From: Planctopirus limnophila DSM 3776
GTDB taxonomy: Bacteria > Planctomycetota > Planctomycetia > Planctomycetales > Planctomycetaceae
DNA: 32,000 nucleotides
Assembly: GCF_000092105.1 (NCBI RefSeq)
Contig: NC_014148.1
Location: 2,970,001-3,002,000, forward strand
Direction: 5' to 3'
Part shown: one piece after another, positions 1 through 9,104 of the stretch
Position numbering within the stretch: position 1 is the first letter of the stretch
How the letters are laid out: every line of letters starts with the position of its first letter
Position numbers and translations under genes: made by a program
The notes under the pieces: generated by a model
What the model saw: only the letters and a program-made list of their open reading frames with translations
Told to the model about the DNA's origin: nothing
Database searches by the model: none

Positions 1-395
1 AGGAGTTTGGCTGGAAGCTGAACAACGGCAATATCGCCCTGCTCTGGCGCGGCGGCTGCATTATTCGCAGTGCCTTCCTCGGTGATATCAAAACCGCTTT
101 CGATAAGTCGCCCACTCTGGAAAACCTGCTGCTGGATGACTTCTTCAAGTCGGCTGTCGCCAAGGCACAGCCCAGCTGGCGACGGGTCATTTCTACAGCC
201 GTCCAATTGGGCCTGCCGACACCCGTCTTCAGTGCCGCTTTAAGCTACTACGACGGCTATCGACAGGGCCGACTCCCTGCGAATCTGCTCCAGGCCCAGC
301 GTGATTACTTCGGTGCCCATACTTATGAGCGCACCGATAAGCCACGTGGTGAGTTCTTCCACACGGATTGGATTCGCGAACGCAAGCTCAGCTAA
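1..395 (+). CDS. gnd: 6-phosphogluconate dehydrogenase (decarboxylating), C-terminal part; the 5' end lies outside the window
   Basis: Frame 3 is open from the window edge to TAA at 393-395. The translation [26 protein letters not shown]...[31 protein letters not shown] is the conserved Gnd C-terminal domain. Confidence 0.93.
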   Translation, partial: EFGWKLNNGNIALLWRGGCIIRSAFLGDIKTAFDKSPTLENLLLDDFFKSAVAKAQPSWRRVISTAVQLGLPTPVFSAALSYYDGYRQGRLPANLLQAQRDYFGAHTYERTDKPRGEFFHTDWIRERKLS

Positions 396-431
396 GTTTG
401 CTCACGGAAGTAATGACATTGCTCGATTTCG

Positions 432-468
432 AATGCCCTGCTGGAGTTCAACTTCAGCAGGGCATTTT
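432..468 (+). terminator. Rho-independent-type terminator hairpin downstream of gnd
   Basis: A perfect 12-bp stem, AATGCCCTGCTG (432-443) / CAGCAGGGCATT (455-466), has an 11-nt loop and runs into TTTT (465-468). It starts 37 nt after the gnd stop. Confidence 0.6.
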
Positions 469-705
469 CGTCCCGAGTGGCACTGACCCGCAAAGTCTAC
501 TCAGGCGGAATTGGCCGAACTTTTTCTACCAGGAAGAGAAGAATCGGCGGACTTCGCCGCAGACAATGCTTCGGGGCTGTCGATGCTCATCGTGAAGGAT
601 CGCAAGCTGCCGAATGGAATCGGGGCGGCCACGGAGGGCAGTCAAGCATGACGTGTCCCACGATGGTCTTCAGGTACATCCCCAAGCCATCGGAAGGTAG
701 ATCAC

Positions 706-1023
706 ATGCGGGCAAATCGCTTCACTCAAATCGCACAAGTTGCACTCTGCGGAGTGATGCTGACCTGGACAGGTTGTCGAGCTGCTCAAGTGACTGAGCA
801 AACAGCTCCACCGACACCACCCTACACCGAATATCCAGCTAATGGCGAACCCATGCCACTCCTCCAGCCGATTCCACCATCGGACGGATCGGGGGAACTG
901 ATGCTGCCCCCTTCACCACCTCCTGCCCCGGCTTCCGAATCAGCCAGCACATCATCGTCTGAGCGAGGGATTCGGAACGTGAGTTGGAATCCGAAAACGT
1001 GGTTTTCCGGTATGAATCGATAA
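706..1023 (+). CDS. small proline-rich secreted protein, possible lipoprotein (hypothetical)
   Basis: ATG at 706 is preceded by GGAAGG. The N-terminus MRANRFTQIAQVALCGVMLTWTGC has basic residues, a hydrophobic core and a Cys, like a signal peptide with a non-canonical lipobox. The rest is Pro/Ser-rich. No family was recognised. Confidence 0.45.
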   Translation: MRANRFTQIAQVALCGVMLTWTGCRAAQVTEQTAPPTPPYTEYPANGEPMPLLQPIPPSDGSGELMLPPSPPPAPASESASTSSSERGIRNVSWNPKTWFSGMNR

Positions 1024-1045
1024 CGATTCCGCAGATCACCAGGGA

Positions 1046-2329
1046 TCAGCGTGACAGCCCATTCCGGATCTTGTCGAGAACTGCCGCTAGATCAGGAAGA
1101 GTCGAATCGTTCCAGGCTCGGGCGGGAATTGTCAGCTGATCCAACCGGTGAAACACAGCTCGGCGGTCAAGCCCATCGCGTTGGACGCGTATATCAACGA
1201 GCTGGGGGAAACTGCATTCGATGGAGCATGATCGAAACCAGATGACAGGTTGTGCTGCCATCTGGGCGATCGATGCTTGAGGAATATGCTCGAGCGCATG
1301 GTCACCGACCAGCACCAGGCAGTCAGTACTTTGCTCCCGAAGCAACCGTTCTACAGAAAAACGGTTGCCATCGTGATCAATCTGCCCCTGCTGGAAACTG
1401 ATGGCCCCGGCATAGCCCGTTTGCCATGTGCAGACGACGGAACCCATCCCGAAATCGCCATGGTTGGCTAGATATTGCGAATGGAATGCCCTGCCGTCAT
1501 TCAGTTCGATGACCAGTCGTTGCAAAGACTCCGTAGCTAATGCGGCCATTTCGGGCTGGCAGAAAGCTTCTCCGAAAAAAAGACATCCATACCGGGTCGA
1601 GCGCAGCAGTTCTGCCAATTCGGCCACGCTGGCATCTGCGGATGAAACTGCGACTTGCTGATTCTGCTGACGAATCATGCTTCTTAAAAGTTGTAGCTTC
1701 GAAAACGTGAGATCTTTATCCCACGGGAAACGGCGAACGGTCTGGCCGCTCAATGTCAGTTGCTGAATCGAGGATGGCGAAACATCTCCAACGACGATCC
1801 ATTGAAGTGATCGATTCGAACCTCTTCCCTGATGAACATGATGGCCAAGACGTTCAATCAGTCGCGGATGTGAACTTGCAGGATCACAGCCCCAGAGGAT
1901 GATCGTATCGGCCCGGGAACGAACATCGCCCAAGGAGCAGACGACTTGTCCAACATGGCTGGCTGCCCGATTGGCCCCTTCAGCGATTTGAGAAGCAGGT
2001 AAAACGAGAATACCTCGACTTTTTTCGGCCGTTGCCATAATCGACTGGCTGGCAGCCAGTGATTGTTGATGGTCGATAATCCAGAGCGGAGCGTGGGCCG
2101 CCTGAAGCCAGGTAATGGCTTCCAGAATCCGATGTTCCAATAATCTCGCAGGAATTTCGATCTTTTCCTGTGATCTCCTCAGCCAATTGGCACCCCGCGG
2201 GCAGATCTGCTTGAGTTTTAACTCAAACTCAGTGATGCCACCTGATTGTTCCAGGTCGTCGCATAGCAGATTACAGCCCAGACAGGTGAGCAGATTCTCT
2301 GTCTGGCCTGTCCTGGAGGGATTGTTCAT
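1046..2329 (-). CDS. formylmethanofuran dehydrogenase subunit B homologue (FwdB/FhcB type; H4MPT/methanofuran-linked C1 transfer)
   Basis: This is a 427-aa ORF with ATG at 2329-2327. The blocks TCLGCNLLCDD...QICPRG, CSLGDVRSRADTIILWGCDPASSHPR, RYGCLFFGEAF, VVCTWQTGYAG and TDCLVLVGDHALEHIPQ align with archaeal FwdB as I recall it (VCPFCGTLCDD, CTFGEVKNRADVVVYWGCNPMHAHPR, FGILFFGMG, QVCTWESGYP). Confidence 0.8.
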   Translation of the reverse strand: MNNPSRTGQTENLLTCLGCNLLCDDLEQSGGITEFELKLKQICPRGANWLRRSQEKIEIPARLLEHRILEAITWLQAAHAPLWIIDHQQSLAASQSIMATAEKSRGILVLPASQIAEGANRAASHVGQVVCSLGDVRSRADTIILWGCDPASSHPRLIERLGHHVHQGRGSNRSLQWIVVGDVSPSSIQQLTLSGQTVRRFPWDKDLTFSKLQLLRSMIRQQNQQVAVSSADASVAELAELLRSTRYGCLFFGEAFCQPEMAALATESLQRLVIELNDGRAFHSQYLANHGDFGMGSVVCTWQTGYAGAISFQQGQIDHDGNRFSVERLLREQSTDCLVLVGDHALEHIPQASIAQMAAQPVIWFRSCSIECSFPQLVDIRVQRDGLDRRAVFHRLDQLTIPARAWNDSTLPDLAAVLDKIRNGLSR

Positions 2330-2415
2330 CGTAGTAAAAACTCATGTTTGCTGAATATGACTTGCCAGGAAGTGAGTCGCATGGAGCGATCTCGCCTCTG
2401 TCATCCCGTGATCAA

Positions 2416-3573
2416 TTACCAATGCTCATTCGGCCCGGAAGGAACCGGGATCTCAAAGTCAGGGAGCAGACCATCTTTTGTCGCACCTCGAGGCCCCGCT
2501 AAGGCAATTTCCTGAAGAGCCTGCTCAAACTCTTCTCCCGTTTTTGCCGACTGGACAGCATGCCGGAGTGCGGGCCCCACACGCATGGCTTTGGTATACC
2601 AGTGGGACATTTTTCGGAACGCACTGACGGCTGTTTCTTCACCCACCCATTCCTGCAGATATCGAAACTGCCGGCGCATCAGGAGCAGACGGTCATTAAA
2701 GCTCCCGGCAGGAGCCCAATCTCCCGTTGTTTCCCACTCGGTGAGTTGGCGGAAGATCCAGGGATTCGCCAAGGCGCCACGACCAATCGAAATGGCCTGA
2801 CAGCCAGTTTCATCGTACATCGCAATCGCGTCATCCACACTGCGGATATCGCCATTTGCAATCACAGGAATGGAATCCACAGCTTCGACGACCTGACGAA
2901 TTCCATCTCGATTAACCGTCCCACTAAACCCCTGAGCTCTCGTGCGACCATGAATCGCGACAGCTGCCACACCGACTTGTTCAAACTCACGTGCAAAGCG
3001 AGGGGCTGTTAACTGACTGGCGTCCCAGCCCAAACGCATTTTGACAGTGACAGGGACATGGACGGCTTCAACAACAGCTTTGACCAGTTCGGTGGCTGCA
3101 TCGGCATGACACATCAGGCTGGCACCGGCCCCTGTCTTAACGACTTTGAGAACGGGGCATCCCATATTGATATCGATGGAATCGACACCACGAGCTTCCA
3201 GAAGCTGTGCAGCATCCCGCATGATGGAGGCTTCGCCACCAAAAATCTGCACAGCAAAGGGCCGATCGATGGGATGTGTGGCAATCAGCCGCAATGTTTT
3301 CTCGGAACCCGCCAGGAGCCCACGGGCATTGACGAGATCCGTCGTGCCTAATCCAAGGCCACCCAACTCATGAACAACTCTGCGAAAAGGTAGATTGGTA
3401 AAACCAGCAAGGGGTGAAAGAAGTGTCCGAAAAGGCAAAACCAGTGGCCCGTACGATACGAAAGTACACAACCGCAGCCTTATGCGGACACGCTCGCTTT
3501 GTTCCGGACGGCTGGGATGTAGACGTAAATCGTTCATGAGAAATAAGATATCACCAACCTCAGGAACTGTCAT
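2416..3573 (-). CDS. dusB: tRNA dihydrouridine synthase (Dus family, DusB-like)
   Basis: Motifs seen: LSPLAGFTNLPFRRV, VQIFGG, DSIDINMGCPVLKV (catalytic Cys region), VTVKMRLGWD, AIHGRTRAQGFSG and IPVIANGDI. Two in-frame ATGs are possible starts (3573 and 3537), so the start is uncertain by 12 codons. Confidence 0.9.
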   Translation of the reverse strand: MTVPEVGDILFLMNDLRLHPSRPEQSERVRIRLRLCTFVSYGPLVLPFRTLLSPLAGFTNLPFRRVVHELGGLGLGTTDLVNARGLLAGSEKTLRLIATHPIDRPFAVQIFGGEASIMRDAAQLLEARGVDSIDINMGCPVLKVVKTGAGASLMCHADAATELVKAVVEAVHVPVTVKMRLGWDASQLTAPRFAREFEQVGVAAVAIHGRTRAQGFSGTVNRDGIRQVVEAVDSIPVIANGDIRSVDDAIAMYDETGCQAISIGRGALANPWIFRQLTEWETTGDWAPAGSFNDRLLLMRRQFRYLQEWVGEETAVSAFRKMSHWYTKAMRVGPALRHAVQSAKTGEEFEQALQEIALAGPRGATKDGLLPDFEIPVPSGPNEHW

Positions 3574-3672
3574 CCATTCACTTTTCAGCGAATGGTTTCT
3601 CTGTTAATCTCTCAGACAATTGTTTGCTTAGACCATCCGCATCTGCACTCTGTTTTCGAAGGGACGCGAGCC

Positions 3673-3789
3673 ATGCGTCATCGCCCCAAAACCAGCCGCC
3701 CAAAGGTCAGCCTGACGACCAAGCAGAAGATCAATAACCGCTGGAAGGCCAAGCGGAAGAAAATCCGTAAAGCTAAATACGGCATCTAA
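3673..3789 (+). CDS. hypothetical 38-aa highly basic (Lys/Arg-rich) small protein
   Basis: ATG at 3673 has GAAGGGA about 10 nt upstream. The product is MRHRPKTSRPKVSLTTKQKINNRWKAKRKKIRKAKYGI. The longer ORF from ATG 3592 would start only 19 nt from the divergent dus start. No family was recognised, so coding status is unproven. Confidence 0.3.
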   Translation: MRHRPKTSRPKVSLTTKQKINNRWKAKRKKIRKAKYGI

Positions 3790-3875
3790 TTTCGGCCTGC
3801 TGTCAGCAGCAATCTGTGTTCATGCTGGGCACGCCACCGGCATTTGAAGCTGGTTAATCTAACAATGCATCGATC

Positions 3876-3900
3876 GAGCCCTGCCAGAGTTGCAGGGCTC
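3876..3900. terminator. hairpin between convergent genes (candidate bidirectional terminator)
   Basis: A 9-bp GC-rich stem, GAGCCCTGC (3876-3884) / GCAGGGCTC (3892-3900), has the loop CAGAGTT. It lies between the stop at 3789 (+) and the stop at 3977 (-). There is no clear U-tract. Confidence 0.4.
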
Positions 3901-3976
3901 TCTTGCTGCGCCTTCAGTTCCGACGTCTTTGGAACATCGTCAAAACAAACGCGAATGCCGTTGATGCAAGCGATGT

Positions 3977-5248
3977 TCAAGCGACGCTCGTATCCACATG
4001 TGGGAGCAGTCGTCGCAGAATCGGGCTGGTCATAAAGGTCGTGACGACCGCCATAATGATCAGCATGCAGAAGACGCTGGGGGGGATAACTCCCATCTCA
4101 CGGCCCACATTAATGGCAATCAACCCCATCAAAGCTCGCGTGTTCATCATGATGGCCACACACCCGCTTTCGGGCCAGGATAAGCCACCAAGGCGAGCCG
4201 CCAGGCCGCAGCCGACGATTTTGCCACTGATCGCGACGAGGCAGACGAGGCCACACATTATCCAAAGTAAGGGCGTATCGAGAGTCCCGATATCGGTCTT
4301 CAACCCTGTATAAGTGAAGAAAACAGGCAACAGCAGGCTGTAGACAAAATCCTGTGTTTTGCTGGCAAAGGCTTCGCGAAATCGATGCTGGTCGTGCAGC
4401 ACAGCACCCAGCAGAAAAGGCCCAATAATCGAAAAGATGCCGATCCAGTTGGTGATCATGGCCATCGTAAAAATCAACAGAATCCACAGAGCCAGTGAAG
4501 TCACATTCAGCCGGGATTCTGCAGTCGGAAGCAGCTTTTCGATCCAGCGGATCAGTAGTGGCCTGACGACAATGATCACCATGGCGACGAGGGCCAAAGT
4601 CAGCAGAAGCATGCCGAGCACCGAACTCCACTGGAGATTTCCGCGAACGATCGCTGCCACTGTGGCCAGCATGATCCAGATCAAAGCATCGACCATGGCG
4701 GCGGCACTGATCGTGAGTGCTCCCAGTCGAGAGCGATTGATGCCGAACTCAATCATAATCCGGCCCAGAATAGGAATAGCTGTCACAGAGCAGGCGGTCG
4801 CCATGAAGAGTGCAAAACCCAGGAGCGGCACATCGATCGCAACGTAGGGATGCATCCAGAGACCTAAAGCAAGTCCTCCAGCAAATGGAAGCACAATCCC
4901 GGCCACACCAATCATGCCGGCTGTTCGGCCCATTTTTTTCAGGTGGCTGAAGTCAAACTCCATACCGATCAGAAACATCAGAAAAATAAGGCCCAACTGC
5001 CCCAGTGTCTGAAATATGGGAGTGACGCTGGCCGGGAAGAATGTCGGGATGAAGTCGGGAAAGAGTCTGCCCACGACGGAAGGCCCCAGAATCAGCCCGG
5101 CACCAATTTCACCCACGACTGTTGGTTGCCCGACTTTTCGAAAAAGCCACCCCCCCAACCTGGCCGCTGCAATCATGACAACCAACTGGAGAAGCACGAT
5201 CAACATGAGTGCTTCAACCTGATTGACGTGATCTACAGCCAGAACCAT
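3977..5248 (-). CDS. CPA2-family monovalent cation:proton antiporter (Kef/NapA-like, no RCK domain)
   Basis: The CPA2 N-terminal signature LQLVVMIAAARLGGWLFRKVGQPTVVGEIGAGLILGPSVVG is present, with hydrophobic segments throughout. The listed ORF extends to a TTG at 5488 that directly abuts the upstream gene's stop. The first ATG giving a normal N-terminus is 5248-5246, with an alternative ATG at 5206. Confidence 0.88.
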   Translation of the reverse strand: MVLAVDHVNQVEALMLIVLLQLVVMIAAARLGGWLFRKVGQPTVVGEIGAGLILGPSVVGRLFPDFIPTFFPASVTPIFQTLGQLGLIFLMFLIGMEFDFSHLKKMGRTAGMIGVAGIVLPFAGGLALGLWMHPYVAIDVPLLGFALFMATACSVTAIPILGRIMIEFGINRSRLGALTISAAAMVDALIWIMLATVAAIVRGNLQWSSVLGMLLLTLALVAMVIIVVRPLLIRWIEKLLPTAESRLNVTSLALWILLIFTMAMITNWIGIFSIIGPFLLGAVLHDQHRFREAFASKTQDFVYSLLLPVFFTYTGLKTDIGTLDTPLLWIMCGLVCLVAISGKIVGCGLAARLGGLSWPESGCVAIMMNTRALMGLIAINVGREMGVIPPSVFCMLIIMAVVTTFMTSPILRRLLPHVDTSVA

Positions 5249-5488
5249 GAAATTTATTCCAGAAAGACATTGGCAAAACAGAACAACACTTGTTCGAACA
5301 AGTTTACGAGTGTGACGAGTGATTTCCACTGTCTTTGAAGGGAAATCATCACTTTCGAGTTCGAAAATCGACTTGTGTCGATCAAGCCCAGAATGACCTA
5401 CAGCACGACCACCTCGAGCCTGATACTCGTGGTGGTCGTGCGGCAATGATCGACATACAGGGCGCGAGATCGAAGGAAGACCCAACAA

Positions 5489-8400
5489 TCAGGAGAGGAG
5501 CATCCGCAGATCATCAGCCGTCAGATTGGTCATGACGGAGTTGTCCTGTTCAAGGATCGCATCCGCCAGTTCGCGTTTCTGCTTCTGCAGTTCAGCAATT
5601 TTTTCTTCAACGGTATTTTTGCAGATGAGCCGATAGGCAAAGACCTGCCGGGTCTGACCGACACGATGGGCACGATCAATGGCCTGAGTTTCCACCGCAG
5701 GGTTCCACCACGGATCAAGAATAAACACATAGTCGGCTGCGGTGAGATTCAGACCCAGCCCACCCGCCTTCAGGCTGATGAGGAAGACGCCACAATCTTT
5801 GTCGTTCTGGAATCTCTCGACACACTCCTTGCGGTCGCGTGTCTGGCCATCGAGGTATTCGTAAGTAATACCGGCCCGATCCAGATGCTTGCGAACAATC
5901 GCCAGCATGCTGGTGAATTGCGAGAAGACCAGCGTCTTATGCCCTTCTCCAACCAGTTCTTCAAGATGGGGGATCAACACATCGAGCTTGGCACTCCCTT
6001 CTTCGTCAGAAGATTTATGCAACAATGCGGGGTGGCACGAGGCCTGTCGCAATCGAAGCAAAGCTTCGAGCACGTGCATTTTGGTCTTTGCCAAACCCTG
6101 AGATTCAATCAAACCCAGTAGAGAATCACGGAAGTGATCGCGCAGTTCGTCATAGAGACGCTGCTGTTCTTCGCCCATTTCACAATAGATCGTCTGTTCG
6201 ATTTTATCGGGCAGTTCATTAGCGACCGCCTGTTTTGTGCGGCGCAGAATAAAGGGCCTCAAACCATGGGCCAGCACCTTACGGGTTTCTCGATCATTCG
6301 GGTCTGCAGCATGCAGTTTGAAAAGACTGCTTCTTCCAAGCATACCGGGATTGAGAAAATCGAAGATCGAACACAAATCACCGAGATGATTCTCGATCGG
6401 TGTACCGCTCAACGCGACTCGGCGGACAGACTTTAACAATCGAGTCGCTTTGGCCACTTGAGACGTGTTGTTTTTAATCGCCTGGGCTTCATCGAGAATC
6501 ACGTAGTCGAAATCAACATCTTTCAGGATGTGAATATCCCGGCGTAACGTTCCGTAAGTCGCCAGCACCAGATCTGACTTGGTGAACGCTTCTCGTTGTT
6601 TAGCCCGGTCAAGACCTGAGTATTCGAGAACTTTAAGTTGAGGAGTAAATCGCTCGGCTTCCTGCTTCCAGTTGAACATCAGCGATTTAGGAACCACCAC
6701 CAGTGAGGGGAGGCGATTCTTCGCTGGAATGCCCTGGCGCCGCTCTTCCAGAAATGCGAGCATTTGGATGGTTTTCCCCAGACCCATGTCGTCGGCCAGA
6801 CAGCCACCGAACTGGAATTCATCGAGAAACTGCAGCCAGCCCACACCCTCTAACTGATAACCTCGCAACTCCCCTTGAAAACCTTGAGGCTTACGGGCGG
6901 CTTGAACTCCATTAAAGTTTGCCAGTCGCTCGCGCACCTGAGCGAATTTGGCGTCGTAATCGACACTTCCCTGATCCAGCAACAACGCATCGAGCAGACC
7001 GACCTGCGCTGCACCAAACTTCAGATGATCGCCTTCCAGAACACCAAGGCCACCCATCAGTCCGTAGCGATGCACCCACTCTTCCGGAAGAATTCCGAGT
7101 GAACCATCGTCGAGATAGACCGTGCTGTCACCTCGCGCCAATGCCGAGAGCAACTCAGGGAATGAGACTCGACTGCCACCAAAATCGATATCGGCGTGCA
7201 GTTCAAACCAGTCAATGCCCGATTTCACCTGGAATTTGAGTTCACCAGGCTGGCGGACCTGTTTGCCGTCAGCGCGAACTTCCCAGCCTTGACCGATCAG
7301 CTTACGAACAGCCGGGCCCAGATCGCGGGCGGTGATTTCCACGTCGTGGGGCCCGCGGCGGGCATCGATCAAACGGCGCACACCGACATCCTGAAGTGCC
7401 GACCAGTAGGTATCTTCCAGATCGCGATCTCGCACGACGTATCGTCTGGCAGATCTTTGAACAATCGCCCATTGAACACTCGACCCACGAACAGTGGCGT
7501 CTTCGTATTCAAAGATCACGTCAGCTTTCAACCGTTCATGATGCCATTTACTTTTGCCTGGTGAGTGAACCAGGAGCAATGGCTGAGGCGAGAGCCGCAC
7601 TTCCTCAAGTTTCAATTCGTCGGGAAGCTCCAGCCGGGGTAGTGCCGGCATATCATGAAGGCGATCGACGAGATCGTGCTCTTCACCCGCGGGAACCTCC
7701 AGAGGCTGGCCAGATTTTAAGAGCTTCACCCAGGCATAGGCACCAAAATCGTTGAACAGCGAGATGTGATGATCGAGGATCACCAGCCCACCGGGTGTGA
7801 GCATCTGTGCGGTTTCCAGCCCGCGAGATTCTTCCCCGCGGCGCAAAAACCCTCGCAGCTTCCAAAGATCCTGCCCCTGATCAAATTCCAGAGCCAGGCA
7901 TAACTCCCAAGGTTCTCCGCCATCCCAGACCAATGGCTCGGTCATCCGCTCTTCAGGATCTGTAAACCGAATTCGTCCGGTGGCACAAATCTGGGGCAAG
8001 AGAAGTTCGGTCAGATCGTGAGGAACGCGATAGCGCCAAGCGGCCGCCTGCATTTCACCAATCATCCCGGTGGTGCTGGAACGATCAGGGGTGCCGCCGA
8101 CCAGGTGAGCCAGAATTCTGCGATCTTCTTCGTCTTCAATTTCTTCGAGACGGCCTGGGCGGAGCTTGAGTGGTTTCAGTTTTCCCCACTGACCACTCGC
8201 CCGTCGTTGCCGTTGGGAAGTTTGCAGAATCAGACATTCGGCTTCCTCACTGGCGGCGGGGTCAACTTCGTAAACGACTTCGCGCTCTTTGCCAGGGGCA
8301 GAAACGGCATAGCTGCCGGTGCCATCCTGCATGGCGGTTCTTAATTCTTTGAGGCGTGTTTCCCATTCACGAGCAGGAGCCGAAACAGGTGTCGGGCGTT

Positions 8401-8827
8401 CAGCGACAGCCGTTGATTTGGAAAGCGAGAGTTTTCTCGAAGGTGTGGCTTCGAGTTCGTCGTCAAGCCAGTCTTCATCCGGCAGATCGAGTGGCTCGTC
8501 TTCGGTAATGAATGCCGGGATGAAACCGGGTTTAACTCCTGAGGAGATCACTCCCTGCTTCTCGGCAAGGAGAATCGTGGCCCAGACGTGCTTACAAGAC
8601 GCCTGCCCGGTGGGATTGGGCTTACCAGCCATGCAGGTACAACTCATTTTGAGTTGACCTTCATCCCGCATCAGTTGCGTCACGAATTCGACGCCATCTC
8701 GCACAGCACCAAAGATCTGATCTTCAGTGATGCGGTTAATGGCAACACGTTCCGCTTGAATGTAGGCCGCTCCGCGAAAACGGATATCTCCTCGAAACTT
8801 GCTTTCCAGCAAATCCGACAATGTCAT
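5489..8827 (-). CDS. SNF2-family ATP-dependent helicase/translocase with N-terminal SWIM zinc finger
   Basis: This is a 1112-aa ORF with ATG at 8827-8825. The SWIM CxCx12CxH motif (MSCTCMAGKPNPTGQASCKH) maps to nt 8588-8641. Helicase motif I, DDMGLGKT, maps to nt 6770-6793, and motif II, DEAQ, to nt 6482-6493. The C-terminal helicase block is LKAGGLGLNLTAADYVFILDPWWNPAVETQAIDRAHRVGQ. Confidence 0.93.
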   Translation of the reverse strand: MTLSDLLESKFRGDIRFRGAAYIQAERVAINRITEDQIFGAVRDGVEFVTQLMRDEGQLKMSCTCMAGKPNPTGQASCKHVWATILLAEKQGVISSGVKPGFIPAFITEDEPLDLPDEDWLDDELEATPSRKLSLSKSTAVAERPTPVSAPAREWETRLKELRTAMQDGTGSYAVSAPGKEREVVYEVDPAASEEAECLILQTSQRQRRASGQWGKLKPLKLRPGRLEEIEDEEDRRILAHLVGGTPDRSSTTGMIGEMQAAAWRYRVPHDLTELLLPQICATGRIRFTDPEERMTEPLVWDGGEPWELCLALEFDQGQDLWKLRGFLRRGEESRGLETAQMLTPGGLVILDHHISLFNDFGAYAWVKLLKSGQPLEVPAGEEHDLVDRLHDMPALPRLELPDELKLEEVRLSPQPLLLVHSPGKSKWHHERLKADVIFEYEDATVRGSSVQWAIVQRSARRYVVRDRDLEDTYWSALQDVGVRRLIDARRGPHDVEITARDLGPAVRKLIGQGWEVRADGKQVRQPGELKFQVKSGIDWFELHADIDFGGSRVSFPELLSALARGDSTVYLDDGSLGILPEEWVHRYGLMGGLGVLEGDHLKFGAAQVGLLDALLLDQGSVDYDAKFAQVRERLANFNGVQAARKPQGFQGELRGYQLEGVGWLQFLDEFQFGGCLADDMGLGKTIQMLAFLEERRQGIPAKNRLPSLVVVPKSLMFNWKQEAERFTPQLKVLEYSGLDRAKQREAFTKSDLVLATYGTLRRDIHILKDVDFDYVILDEAQAIKNNTSQVAKATRLLKSVRRVALSGTPIENHLGDLCSIFDFLNPGMLGRSSLFKLHAADPNDRETRKVLAHGLRPFILRRTKQAVANELPDKIEQTIYCEMGEEQQRLYDELRDHFRDSLLGLIESQGLAKTKMHVLEALLRLRQASCHPALLHKSSDEEGSAKLDVLIPHLEELVGEGHKTLVFSQFTSMLAIVRKHLDRAGITYEYLDGQTRDRKECVERFQNDKDCGVFLISLKAGGLGLNLTAADYVFILDPWWNPAVETQAIDRAHRVGQTRQVFAYRLICKNTVEEKIAELQKQKRELADAILEQDNSVMTNLTADDLRMLLS

Positions 8828-9104
8828 AGAGGCTTCCCTGACTCCACTGGATCAATCGGATGGTGACAGTCGCCCAACTGGCAGGCCACCGACCGACTAA
8901 CCCCAGCCGAATCGTCTCTGCAATTAAGTGAAAAATGGGTTCATACGCTCGCAAAAGATTCCCACAAGTCTGGCTCTGACCAAAACTGGCGAAAAAGTTT
9001 GCGCAGCGATCCACGGTAATCAAAAGGAGCGCGATTGACTACTGAAGATCAGTTGTAGCGGGTCTTCAGAGAAAAAATGGTCTGTACGATACGCAGATTC
9101 CGGG

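Noticed and set aside
5249-5488. An 80-codon N-terminal extension of the antiporter ORF.
   Set aside because: It starts at a TTG that directly abuts the stop codon of the SNF2 gene. The extension is non-hydrophobic and unlike CPA2 N-termini. ATG 5248 gives the canonical start. Similar TTG/GTG-initiated extensions were trimmed at 10423, 15312 and 16120.
5489-8827. The SNF2 helicase as part of a phage-defence system (DISARM- or BREX-like).
   Set aside because: No methyltransferase, DUF1998, phospholipase D, nuclease or other partner genes flank it. Its neighbours are an antiporter gene and a LarA-like gene.
9042-9069. A 7-bp inverted repeat, CTGAAGA-N14-TCTTCAG, in the divergent SNF2/LarA-like promoter region.
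   Set aside because: It is short enough to arise by chance and no similar site occurs elsewhere in the window. It is noted only as a possible operator.
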